In this document: positions 35,388 to 48,917 of the stretch, one piece after another
Numbering within the stretch: the first letter of the stretch is position 1
Layout of the letters: each line of letters starts with the position of its first letter
Assembly (NCBI GenBank): GCA_047495785.1
Contig: JBLDXI010000042.1
Coordinates: 4,340,001-4,404,000, forward strand
Reading direction: 5' to 3'
DNA from: Lepidodermella squamata
Taxonomy: Eukaryota; Animalia; Gastrotricha
Length of the DNA: 64,000 nt
The notes under the pieces: generated by a model
Database searches by the model: none
What the model was told of the DNA's origin: nothing
The model's input: the letters and a program-made list of their open reading frames with translations, nothing else
Translations under genes and position numbers: made by a program

Positions 35388-37023
35388 GTTTTGCAAAAAA
35401 TTACAGAAAATAAAATATTAAATTATTTTTAAATAACGACTTTATAATCCGATTTTACTATACTTCTGCCCGGCTTCGAGATGTCAACCACAAGAAGGCT
35501 GAAAAAACCACAGGGGAAGGCATTTTTGGCACTGGAACGCACCTCAGTGCCAGAATCCAGAATCCTACAGTGTTCATAAATACAACCCCATATATGCGAC
35601 AATTTTTGGGAATTATTTATACACCTTATTTCTTTTGAATTTTCATTTTTTGCAAAACTAAGTTCTCTTCATGTTCTTCATTTTTTACTTGTATAATAAA
35701 GAGCTTCTGCTTCATTTTTTTCCTCATCTCACTCAGCAGCAGCACAGAAGAAGCAGAAAAAACTGGGCTCGCGCTTGCAGTTAGTTTTTGAAAAAATGAA
35801 AATGCAATTGAAAAAAGGTGCAGTTTTTTAAACCATGATGACAAAGTGCAAACCATACGCCGTTTTCTGATTGCCCTTCTTCATGCTATCCAACGGTACC
35901 CGACTCGTAATGGACTCATAGGGTCAAAACATGTACAGCGTGTCCAAAAGTTGCGCAACCATTTAGTAATTTTGGAATTTTTTAATTAAGCTAGAGGAGG
36001 AATCTTCCATCCTTTATCAACTTTTTACCGTAGAAATTAAAAAGTTACCGGAAAAAACCCTGAAAAACCCGATGGTAACTGGTTCGGTAATTTTCGGTTT
36101 TTACCTGTTTTGATCAAATTTCATCGGATTTTTTAATCCTATTCACAAGAGACACACTTTTGATTACTATAATAACGGCATTTTATACTTTTTTAAGATT
36201 TTTTAGCCTTGAGATATGACTCTCACTCTCCTTTTAGAGTTTCTGTTCCCTTTTCCGTGCATTTAATTTGTTCGCGTTGCTTATGGGACACTTCGACTTC
36301 TGATGCCTTTCTCGAATATGCACCCATCATCTATTTTCACACTGTGTTGTTGTCCTTTCGTGTCCGAAAATAGCCGAATCAGATGATTGTGAATATCTGT
36401 ATTTTAACCGTGATTTATACCAGAATAGGCATTTTCTACTGGTACCTACCTTGGAAAATAATGCCCAATAAACCCGCCAGTGTCCCAAGGAAAAGAACGC
36501 GTACATTGAATTTTTTTGAAAATCAAGGTCTGCTAACAACACTCCGATTTATGCGTCTGTTGTTTACGACATTAAGCTTGACAATACGCTTTTAACATTA
36601 AATAACCCGACATCACGTGGTGGCTTAATCAAGCGCGTATTGTTTTTGGCGCACATTATATTGTAGTCAAGAGGTGTGACGCACAAAGAGGGCCAAGATG
36701 TTCCAATTTTTTTGATAATTTGCTCTTATAAGTAGCTCTTATATATCGAATAGCTCTTATATCTGATTGCGCTATTCAATGACGGTCAAATTAATAGCGA
36801 AAAATGATAAATAAGCTGATATAATATTTTATGATATAGGTAGGTTATATTATGCTCCTCTCGACCACTGCCCTGATTAAAGGACACTTATTCTTCTTTC
36901 ATCGGATATGTTTCATTTCATCCGACGACCAAAAATGTGACATGGTATCAGCCTGAATTCAAACTTCGCCATCAATCTTTATTGCGCAATCCCAGCACTG
37001 AGGAACTTGGGAATTCCGTTATG

Positions 37024-38135
37024 CGTGGTAGGACATAAGGGCGCAGACATAAGCGCGCAGGCATAAGGGCGCCGACTTTAGAGCGAAAGACGAAAGGGCG
37101 CCGGACAAAAGGGCGCGAGGGCATAAGGGCGCTACATCAAGACAAAAGGGCGCCGAGACAAAAGGGCGCCTGGACAAAAGGGCGCAGGACATAAGGGCGC
37201 CAGATAAAATTACCAATTACTTTTAGTAGTAGGTTATTTAATAATCAATGTTCCGTCAAATACTAAGTATCAGATTGCCTAAAGACACGGGTATTTACGT
37301 TTAACAATTATTTGTTGTACAGGTGGTTATTAATTATTTTGCATGAGTCCTTAATTACTGAGATGACAATGTCAGGTAGGATTGACTGGGGCAGGTTGAA
37401 CTTTTTGATGAATTCAGTTCACTTATTTGTCATTTTTGTTATACTCATTACAGATTTGTTCATGAAAATTGAAAATAGTAACACAGTTGTAAAACTCGAT
37501 AGTAATGCTGCAATCGGAAATTGATGCGATTGTGAGTTTTATAAGATTTTATAAGGTTTCCGAAGGCAAAATAAGCAAAATAAGTTATGATAAAACCCTA
37601 AAATCTACGTGATTGAGATTTATTATCATGCAAGAGAAGCAAACCATTTTCAATCAATGACTGAATAAATTAAATCATTTAGCACAAGGTCATTCGAATC
37701 GAAAATTAATTATCTAGCACATGCCAAATGGCGTCTAAATTAGGGAATAGGTTTTCAAAGTCAAACAGGTTATCCTGTAATGGGACTAGGGCTCTAAGGC
37801 GCTCGTCGATCAGCCGGTAAATCGACCCGGGAATGAACCTGGTTCGCGAAGGGGTTATATTTGCCAACACTCCGCATTGTAAAACAATTAGTTTCCTCTA
37901 AAAGCGTCGCAAAGCCATCGTTTTAAAAAATAATAACTTGTAGGCCTTCGCCCTTTTGTCCCGGCGCCCTTTTGTCCAGGCGCCCTTTTGTCTCGGCGCC
38001 CTTTTGTCCCGGCGCCCTTTTGTCTGCGCTCTTCGGTCTTTCGCCCTTTTGTCCGGCGCTCTTTTGCCTTTCGCCCTTATGTCCGGCGCCCTTATGTCTT
38101 TCGCGCTTTTATCCGCGCCCTTATGTCATGGTACC
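37024..38135. mobile_element. Foldback/MULE-like non-autonomous element with tandem subrepeat TIRs
   Basis: Arrays of ~20-bp GACA(T/A)AAGGGCGC units at 37024-37210 and inverted at 37945-38135. Direct repeat ccgttatg at 37016-37023 and 38136-38143. Confidence 0.85.
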
Positions 38136-40170
38136 CCGTTATGTATAGTTCAGATTCGATTCGCAGGTTTAACAGATCTAAAAATCAGAACATTTCTGGC
38201 GACCCTTGAGTTGGAATAAATCGGTAAAATTTGGAAATACCCATGCCATATTTCATGCCAAAATTATCGTTCGATGGGGACATGCGAAGTGGTCACACCT
38301 AGGCATCCCACGTTGCACTGCCCACAACCTTTATTACTCCAGTCACCGTGAGAGTAACGCAATTCGAAGGCGTGGAATTTTATGCAACAAACCCCGTAAT
38401 TTCCTACTCTTTTGCAAAGTCGAAGCGCTTAAATATCAATATTATTATCAATAGCGCTACAGCGTACAACATATTTTTGGATGTTCCGAGCCCCATTTGC
38501 CGAATGAAAAGAGACATCAATCTGATGAAAACGACATGATGCCTGATGAAAAAGTGAACAGCAACCCTCGTATGTCGTTATTTTTCCACGAAATACAACT
38601 TTAATAGATCTCCAGGTAAGTATTATTATAAGTCCATTAATCGAACGACGAAATTTAACATTCTTTTGCATGAAACTCAATGTGTCTTTGATTTATGCGT
38701 ATATAGGATTCCGTATTTATTGCGCAAATGTCTCTGCGAAACTGTCGTTCAGCCCAATAATATTGCTTATCAGCGCACATTTAAAAGTTCAAATCAGCAC
38801 GGAAATTTGCGATTCATTATAATATTTGTAAATAATTGCGTTTAGCCATAGAAAATTTTAACAGTGGGTGCGCAATGCGCGCCGATGATAATAATTACCG
38901 AATAAACCAATCAAAATTGTGCGGCCTTACCGCAACTTCCTTGATTACTCGTTTTTCTAATGAGAAATTTCTCAAGCGCGATAATTCTCAAGCTCATCCG
39001 AGTAGAAAACCTACAAGCTTATGTTTATCGAGACTAAAAAATAACTTAATCCGCCTACAATTTGAATCGACGATAAACGACCCTCAATATCCGTGATAGA
39101 ATCCGTGATGTAAAATCTGGTACCTACACAGCAAATAACATGCGTGAGCTCTTTGAACTTGAACTGAATGTCTTTCCGCTATCCCATCACGAGATTATCA
39201 CGGATAAATTTTCGTTAAAAATTGGCTAATTTCGTAGGGGTTTTAATCGATTTAAGTACATATGAGACATCACATTTTCGCTAATGTAATTTTGGTCGCA
39301 GCATTTCATCTTATGATTTTGGCTAATTTCAGTAAAATTGAGGCAATTTATTTAGTTTACAACGACACGTTTTTTGCGCCTTGTTTTTTGCAGACATTAT
39401 TGCACACCTGAATCATCCCTATAATGGACTATAAAATTAATCAATTTTCGGCCAATAATAATTGGCTCTCCAGTTTACGCGTCAAAAAATTAGTGCCCTT
39501 GTTGATTGAATATTTACGCCCTTGTTAATTACATATTGACCGATGGCGGGGGATGATGTTTTTATTGGCTATCAACAACTATTCCAGGGGCTATTTAGCA
39601 CCGACTATACGGAATTTTTATAATTATTCATATTTTTGTTTTTAACACCCCCAAAAAAAATTAGATGGAAATAATAACCATTCAAATATTTAAGTCTGCC
39701 TACCTCTCCTTGATTTGTGATTTTTGTAATTTTTCAAAAAAAATATTTTTTTTGCGGAAAATTATTTATCCGCATTTTTGAAGTTTACAAGAATTTCGCA
39801 GAGTTGTCATTAAAGAATTTGAACGTCGTTTACTTGCGATAAATAATTCACCTTAATAGCCCCCACTCGCACTTAATAACTCGCAAAAACGTCTGGACGT
39901 TTTCGCTAAAAAATTTACTAATAGTGCGCATTAAGAGGCGATTTTATTGAGCGATTTTATTAGCTATGACTAGTAGGTATGCGCTCTTGTCCCCTCTCAG
40001 CAGCTATATCAGGTTACACGATATATTAGCGTGGGAGCTCGTGAAAATATATAAATAATTTGTAAAGGCCGACTGCATTGATTTATGTATATAATAACAC
40101 AAGCGTGATATATCAGAAAATTATCACTCGAATTTTAATTTTAGCCTTTGAATATAAGCAAATAAAAATC

Positions 40171-40680
40171 ATGAAAATCGACGTGATTTTTGTTGACTTT
40201 CTACCGGTGATCACGATAACTGCATTTCTTTTCGATAAGTCGGTATGCAGCGATCAAGTGAACGCAGCATCACAACGGCAACAAGAATCGTCCAACCGGA
40301 AAATGTCTCTAATAGCAGATCAAATCTTAAGCCGAAAACCAGGTGAGTCAAATTGTCAATGAATTTATTTTAAATTTGCTAATTTGATTTTTAGGCTACG
40401 AACAAGCTCGTCAGCTTCTGATTGAAAACGTTGCGAGAAAATTGACCGCTATCAGCGGGCATATTTGTCCGCAAAATGTTCCGCAAAAGTTTTGCAACCG
40501 AAACGCAGATCCACTAACTTTTTACATGTGGCTCAAGGTAAATTTCTTTAGATATCGTGCAATTTTCCGAATTTATTACACTTTGAATTACAGGTAATTC
40601 GGAATAGCGAGCAGAAAAAAGAGTTATACGCAAGTGCTGAGAAAATGTTGCGGCAAATCCTGGAAGTCAATAGAAGATAG
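40171..40680 (+). CDS. Small putative secreted protein / prohormone-like orphan, 133 aa
   Basis: Exons 40171-40342, 40395-40537 and 40594-40680 splice in frame. Hydrophobic N-terminus ending SVCS, a Cys pair, RK/KK/RR dibasic sites, AATAAA at ~40731. Confidence 0.75.
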
Positions 40681-41628
40681 ATTGCTGATTTTGGCTTATA
40701 GATTTTTAACATCTTGCTTATGATATAGATAATAAAGGTTATGTGATTGCTACGTTTCTCTGGTTGGAAAAGCAGGCAGTAATCCGGTAGTAAAATAGCC
40801 TTCTAACCAAAAGAAGCTAAAATGAACACAGTTTAATCGTTCGAGGCCTGAAAAAATTGCCGCCTGATGTACGGATACTTCAAGAACTTAGCCACAGAAC
40901 TCAATGAAAGCCCACGGTTGGCAGCGTTGTCTGATTTAGGTTGTTTTAAGCCAAGGATGTGATGTCTCCACTTGTCCTGTGATATTTATTTCAAAGAAGC
41001 TACCGATTACTAGATTTCGAAAATCCAAATTATTCCGAATCAATAAGCCTGTTTCCTTTTTACATTGGGGCAGTCACCAAAAGACACCTTCAGTCAAAAT
41101 TGTGTAGCATTCCACAAAATGAACGAGGTCCGAGATCCGTAGTAGTCATAGATAGATAATGGCCCGATGCACGTGAATGTTCACGCGGATGCGAAAACCC
41201 GTATTCCGGCTCGCGAGCTAACCCTTAGGTAGGGGCTCACCAAATTGCGACAGTTTTAGCGACAACGTGTAGGTGGCCGCGTGTTTTTTGTGCATGCAAG
41301 CATGTGCGTTTGACCATATCGATTCTATTAATTAATTTATCAGGTGCACCTCTGACCAACCTGTTGAGACGCCCGCGTAATTTCAACTTATAGTGTAAGG
41401 TTAATTAAAATCGGGAATAAAAAAATAGTTGTCGCTCGGAGTCGGACCGTGGATTCCCTGTAGCGTCTTCAAACAAGGCCATTCTCTTGACTGTTTGCAC
41501 AGAGGTACATATTGGGTTCAATTTCCAGCCCTACAGCCCCGTAAATATGAAAGTTTATTGGGCTGTTCCTTTCATTCGGAGCACCTGGATTGGATTATTA
41601 CACAACCCAACTGCAGGTCATCCATTTT

Positions 41629-42690
<1,062 letters not shown>

Positions 42691-44780
42691 TTTTGCAAAC
42701 GAAAATACTGGAACGAGTAAAACTGAAAATTGAAAAACTGAATAACTTGAGTCCTTAGTTATTGTATTACGTTGATGAAAGTCTTTTTTCTTTTTCTAGA
42801 TGCGTTTCGCATGCGTAAAAGCCTGTTCAAACATGCGGGAGAGCTTCCCCTCGATCGGGTTATTTGTAAAACAAGGGCAGCTGCTTTCTTTTTTGTTGTT
42901 TTGCGTTAAGTCGGACACGGCTCGCATCAGTTTTTGAAAGAACAAAACAAAAAAGACTCAGTCAACTATGGGTCAACTTGAAGTCATACGTTTTTGAATT
43001 TAATATATCGACTGGCTTGATAACAGAAAGATTGGTTCATATTGAGCGCAATCAGGTTGATTCAGAAACACTAGCTTGCTTCCACAAAATGTTTGAATAT
43101 CTAGCAAGATTCATCACCTCAAATTACCCTTCGAAATGCCGGCGGCGCATAAGAAAATAACATTAGAATTTAGGTACCGTAAAGGTGGTTATTTGGACAA
43201 AAACATGGTTTTCTGCTCTCGAAAATCAGGAAAAAATTATACAAGTGTGGCAATTTCAGGGCATGACGTTGGGACCCAATCCCCATGTCTGGGGGAAATT
43301 TTCCCATGTTACCTTGATTGTATAAAAATAGTGCATGGTTTGGATAAATGTGGACACTTGTGGGGTGATTTTGGGAACGTCATTACTCATTAGCATATTC
43401 ATAATCGTTTGAGATGCATGTAGAACTTAAAGCTTTTCCTGAAATTCCGAAAGGTGCCAAGAAACTGATGACGCCACTCGAACTCAATTCAAATTTTTTA
43501 TCCCGCTATATTATTAGCTCAAGGCATTTAAATAGAGCCACTTTTCAAGTTTTTCTTGCTTTACCAGCCAGGCGCATTTTTTAAAAATATTCGGCAAATA
43601 CAGAATTGTAGAGTAGATCTTGGGCTATTGAATGCCGGTTTCCGCAAGACCGTACGGTTTTACCTTGATTTGTGGCTAATTTTGAAGTCACCTGGACTCC
43701 TGGCCGCCGGAATTAGGGTGCCCTAATTTCGGCCACCTCATCCAGTTATGCTAATACCTTAAGCTTTATACCGTTAAATTCGTCTCGGCAAGCTTAGTGT
43801 GGAAATCGCCTTTGTGGCTTTACCTGTCATCTCATCCTTGACGACGTGGTGCCTGAAACTCTGGTGTTGATGGTAACAAAGCACTCAAGAAGCTACATTA
43901 CCCCCTCGCCCGCATTTAGAATTATTTTTTTGGCAATCACGTGCTTGAAAAACCATGAAACAGACTGGCTAAACGATGCAAATTTCTTGTTGATTTGCTT
44001 CCAAAAATTCTGAGATTCCTATGCTCTATGTCGACTTTTCACGTTGTTATCAACCAAATGAAAAAAACACTTGATCAAATGTACAAAAACGCGGTTTTTA
44101 TTGCGACTCATCGTGGTGGAGCTTGAGGATATGATAAAATTGCGCGACAAAACAACAGCAAACGCCAGTATTTACAGGTACACAAATCGACAAATGTTGC
44201 AGTTACTACTACGAATTGAAAGCAGCTACCGAAAACACTAGATTGCAATTATTTAAAGCTCAGACACTATCTTTTATTGTGTATTCAAGTTGTTTTGGGC
44301 TCATCAGATATCGCAGATTTAAAAATTTCACAAAAAAAGCAGCGCGTCTTTAATTAACGTCAGGAATAAGTGTGTTCACATGAGGACATGCTAAAAACGG
44401 TTTGTTTTGTTTACAGAGCAACGAGAAAAGGACTGAATAGTATTTTCAAGGGCGAGTTATTTTTTTTTAGAAAAAGCACAACAAAACACAAGATCTTGTT
44501 ACCGAAATTTTACCGAGGTAAATAATCACGGGTTGTTAATTGTTAAAAAAGCCGCAGAGGTAAATAAAAAACGCCAGTTGGGTTGTTTTTAGGTTATCAG
44601 TTTGTTCAGCGAGTTTTTCTTGCTATACACGAGGTAATTAAATAACAAAAAAGCGCGTTCGATTAAATATCATAATAATAACAACGAAAGTTCACGAAAT
44701 TATTGAGCGATAAATAATAGAAATTATCGTACAAATCATCATTATTAGTACACGGGCGGGAGGTTTGCAGACAAAGTCTA

Positions 44781-46756
44781 TCAATTAGTGGCGACGTACC
44801 ACGACTCGTCGTGCGTTTCTGGCGCGATGCGGCCCGCCACCTTGAAGAACACCTCGTGCGAGTACTTGTCCTTGATGGTGGTCACCTTGGGGCGGTAGGC
44901 GGCGGCGAGGCCGGCGTGCAGGCGCTTGCAGAGTGGCGCCAGTTGCTCGACGTTGTAGCCCGTGTAGTACTCGTAGGTGCGCGTCCACTCGCGGCGCCCG
45001 GTCGCGATGAGCGCGAGACGGAGGGCGCCGGCGGCGAGGAACGACTCAAGTTCGGTTGTGAATTCAACAGACATGAGGCTCACTTCGAGAACATAACGCG
45101 CTAGGGTCAACAGATCCATCGGCAGCTTCAGGCACTGAAAATGAATAAATTAATAAATTAATGGCTCCAGCAGTATAAAGAAAATTTGTTGATGAATAAC
45201 ACAATAATAAAAAATATCAAAATTAATGAAAATCAGACGAGTAGATATCCGTTCACATTTGGTTCGTCCAAAAGTAGGACATGCAAGGTTTAAAATATTC
45301 AAGCAGAACTTTTCATTTCAAATTTTCGAAAATTTCAATTCAAGTTCAAGTGATCGAATTTAAATTGGTGAACGAAGCCAATTTTACCCAAAAAACCAAT
45401 CAATTTTCAAAGTAAAATTTAAAAAAAAAATTAAAAAAGCAAAAATCGGTCAAATTTGAAAAATGCCGATGATCGAAATTTTAATTAATTGAAATCTAAT
45501 TTAAGAAAATTAAATAATAGCGAGATTAAGGTAAATTTAACTAAGGCGATAAAAATCAATAGAAGAATTATTGTCAAACTAGTCGGTTTTTTAATCGGTT
45601 TTTAAAGCGAAATTGACCGGAAGTGGGCCATTTAATCAAAATATAAATATTCCTCTGAAAGAGCAGATTTAGCCAAAAAGCTATCAAAAATGTCATTTTG
45701 ACATAATTGAAAAATAAAAATTACGGCAAATAGAAAAACTTAGCAATGCTGTGATCTTGACACAATTGATAGCTGTGTTTTTCGTGTTTCGGAGATGTGA
45801 AAAACATACCTTGGCATATCGCCGGAGGAAAGAGTACGACAGCGGCATGTTGAAGTTGAACTCGGTGGCGCGGCAAATTTCAAGCTCCATCTCGACGAGT
45901 TCCGAGCTCGTGTAAGAGTTGTCGCACGCGTACAGCAGCTCGTCGATGGGCGGCGGCATTCGCTCTTCGAGCTTGGCCGAGATGAAAATCGCCGTCGCGG
46001 CCACGAGTTGGAACTGCTGCTTCGGGATGCGCTTGTTCGTCTTCGCTAGGAACGAGTCCATAATGCGAACGGCCAGGTACAGCGTCTCGTGGTTGAGCTC
46101 GTAGTTGTCCTGAAGGACGACCAGCCAGTCGACGACAACGGCTCGCATGGAGACGGACAGTTCGGGATGATTCGCGAGCGGCGAAACAGCGAGGCGGAAC
46201 GACTTCTCCTTTTCGCGCATGAGGCGGAAAATTTCGCGGGCGTAGTGCGGCAGTTCGAGCGTGTTGCCGCCAGCGATGTTTTCGCGGTCGATGTCGATCC
46301 AGTCGGCGAGCGAGGCGAGGTTGCCGAGCGACTCTTCCTTGATTTTCATGTCCTCATCTAACACGGCCTGGAAGCACTGCTGTTGCACGTCTTGTTGCAA
46401 TTTCGAAAAATCACTGAATAAAAATTTAATATAAATAAAATCGAAATTTCTAAAAATTTCTATAAAATTGTGCTGGTACTTCTGCCAAGATGAATTTAAA
46501 TGAAGTAATTTGTTACTTACACATCAGGCTCATCAACACGGGCGCGCTTGTGTTCCTCCAAGTCGACCTCGACTTCCATAGGGAGAGGTGACTTGCGAGG
46601 GCGCGATTTTTCCAAGTCGAGCGAGCCATGCTGTTTCAGGAGAGCGGCCTTGTTGTCGTGAAGGGTAGACAGGCCCGCTGTTGAGTTTGCCTTGTTGCCA
46701 ACATTGTCCAAGACGCCAGGCATGCGGCGGCGTGAAGCTCTGGTTGTTCGGTGCAT
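44781..46756 (-). CDS. CCNB3: G2/mitotic-specific cyclin B3, ~397 aa
   Basis: Exons 46756-46521, 46413-45810, 45134-44781. Motifs MRAVVVDWLV, ELNHETLYLAV, PLSYSFLRRYAK, LTLARYVLE and KYSHEVFFKVA are typical of B3 cyclins. Confidence 0.9.
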
Positions 46757-48917
46757 GTTTTTCGGTAAGACAACAAGATTTCAAACAAGTTTGTAAAATA
46801 GTTTTTCGCCCAGTCCTAATAATTTAATAAAGGGAAAGGTTGTACTCTCAAAGGTTATGAACTGAAAACCGCGCCAATTCTCGGCGCAGCTTGGCGTATC
46901 ACAATCGCCAATAAGGCTCGCGACCTGAAAACACGAGTGGCATGAAGCGTGTGTGTGTGCTCAATTTTCAAGACACGTGCTGCGTAACACATGGCGCAGA
47001 AAAGCGCGAACAAAATGAACTGAAAAGGGACAATTACCAATCACAATGCTTGCCATTTTTCATAATATACTCATTATTTATAGTGACAAATTTAGGACAA
47101 GACGTCGTAAATTTAACGCTACAATTGGACAAATTGACCCCTAATTGACGTCATACGACAAAAAGTGAATGTCTTAAAAACTAGAGCAAAAGTAGACATT
47201 TTCCACTTACTATGAACATTTTAGTTCGTCGATTTAGCGCGCATTTATAGACAACCATGTACGACTATTTGAGATCGTCCGCAAGAAAAGCGTGTTTTTA
47301 TACAATTTGTCCTAGCGAGCCCAAAGACAATGCTTTTCGATTATGCAACCATTGTTAGACATTTTATTGCTATTGCTAACGGCCTCATTCTAAGAGACGG
47401 AATTGTATTTAAATATCGAATGGTCTATACCCGGAGATTACAAAAATTATAATTTGTCGACTTCAACCCGTTTTATGACAGCATAGACTATCGACTCGGT
47501 TCAGGTTTCGGGCGTCAATAAAAAACATTTGCACATAATATTAACATGAGATATGGTTGAATTATAAGAGAATGATTAATTATTATTAGAGTTATTAGAG
47601 AAGGAACTGATCCTAGCTGTTTGAAAGAGTGTAATCCTAGCTAACCTGGCATTACATAGGTCAACTAGGTACATTTTAGCAGAGCGAAATTACATGGCAA
47701 ATAAGAAATGGGATGCATATGGAATGGTTCATTGGCAACTACTATTGCCTATAGCAATTCGGCGTTTACAGGGGAAAGGGAGCTGAAGAAATCGCGAGTT
47801 GAACGGTGATGTGACAAACGAGAAATACTAAGTAGTCGGCATTCTGAATTGGCTTTTGAGTTGTCTGAAGGGTCGTTTTAAAGATATTTTTCTGAAGCAG
47901 ATGTTACTATCGGCAGCTCTGGTGGCAACAGAAAGAGCAAAGCAAGCAGCAAACATGTGTCTACTTTTCCTAGATTCGACTGACTTGAGACACCAGCGGC
48001 TGTAACGACCAAGTAAACTTCGCTGATTATTTTGTACTTCCTAGCCACCTGCTTCCTGAGCTTGCTTCCTAGCTTGCATGTAACATTCTCTGCAACCGCG
48101 CGTCTAAGTTCACAGCATATAGATGGGCAGTGGCTTTGTGTACTGGACTGTTGCCGAAGCACGCTGCTGCCCCTTTGTCCGTTAGCGCAGATGACGGAAA
48201 AGCGCGCTCAACAAGAGCTTAGGTTGAACGTTTGAAAAAGGCGCGAGATTTAGACACTGAAAATCGAAATTTATATTATGAGTAAAAAAGTCATTTTACA
48301 GTTTATTAAAAACTGATTTGATAAAATATGTCAACAACAAAAACTAGCGGAAACTTGAATCGATCGAACGCGGGAATTGCGCTGCAGTACCGCGGGCACC
48401 GGGCGTGGAAGGGGTGCCGCCGTGCCATCATATCGTCTGTACCCATTACCCATCACTCATTTCTCATGTCCGTTCGCGAAAAACGAAGTTGCGATTTGTG
48501 ATTTAGCAGTTGTTAGCTCTTGCTTTACGATTGTAATGAGAGACATCATAGTTAACGCTATTTGAACTATTTTAGGGATCTGGGCGATCGTGTTTAGAAC
48601 GCCTGATTTCATATGTTCACTATTCAGTTGGAGAATCTTATTCACGAATTCTCGTGTTGGTTTACCTTCTATCATCATCTTCATCGAGCATATTTGTCGT
48701 TTCTCGTATTTTCTTGCTATTTTTAACACATCTCGTGTATTCTGATGGTGGTTCATGTTTCATGAGTTAGATACCACAGGGCATGGTATCAGTCAGTGAT
48801 CAAAATGTAGCAATATTAGCTTCAATGTAATCCGCATAAGTTAGGGTCGCTCAGTTGACTGATCGTATTCTCTATTCTCTTATGTTTTTTATAGGGAAAG
48901 GGATTACCTAGTTATAA

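Noticed and set aside
37019-38219. ORFs and CRISPR-like periodicity in the AAGGGCGC arrays
   Set aside because: There are no unique spacers or cas genes, the context is eukaryotic, and the arrays are inverted TE arms.
38515-38600. Hammerhead ribozyme (two ctgatga motifs, aacgacat/atgtcgtt stem)
   Set aside because: GAAA does not follow stem II directly, and stems I and III are not evident.
41160-41440. Possible telomerase RNA (ctaaccct template-like octamer, agcgacaac/gttgtcgct pairing) or RNase MRP (ggggctca)
   Set aside because: Matches are short enough to arise by chance. The pseudoknot geometry and the partner conserved regions could not be completed, and gcgaca is also a local TE motif.
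47878-48756. Minus-strand ORF fragments between cyclin B3 and MCT
   Set aside because: They are interrupted by stops with no recognisable domain; possibly a decayed gene, but unsupported.
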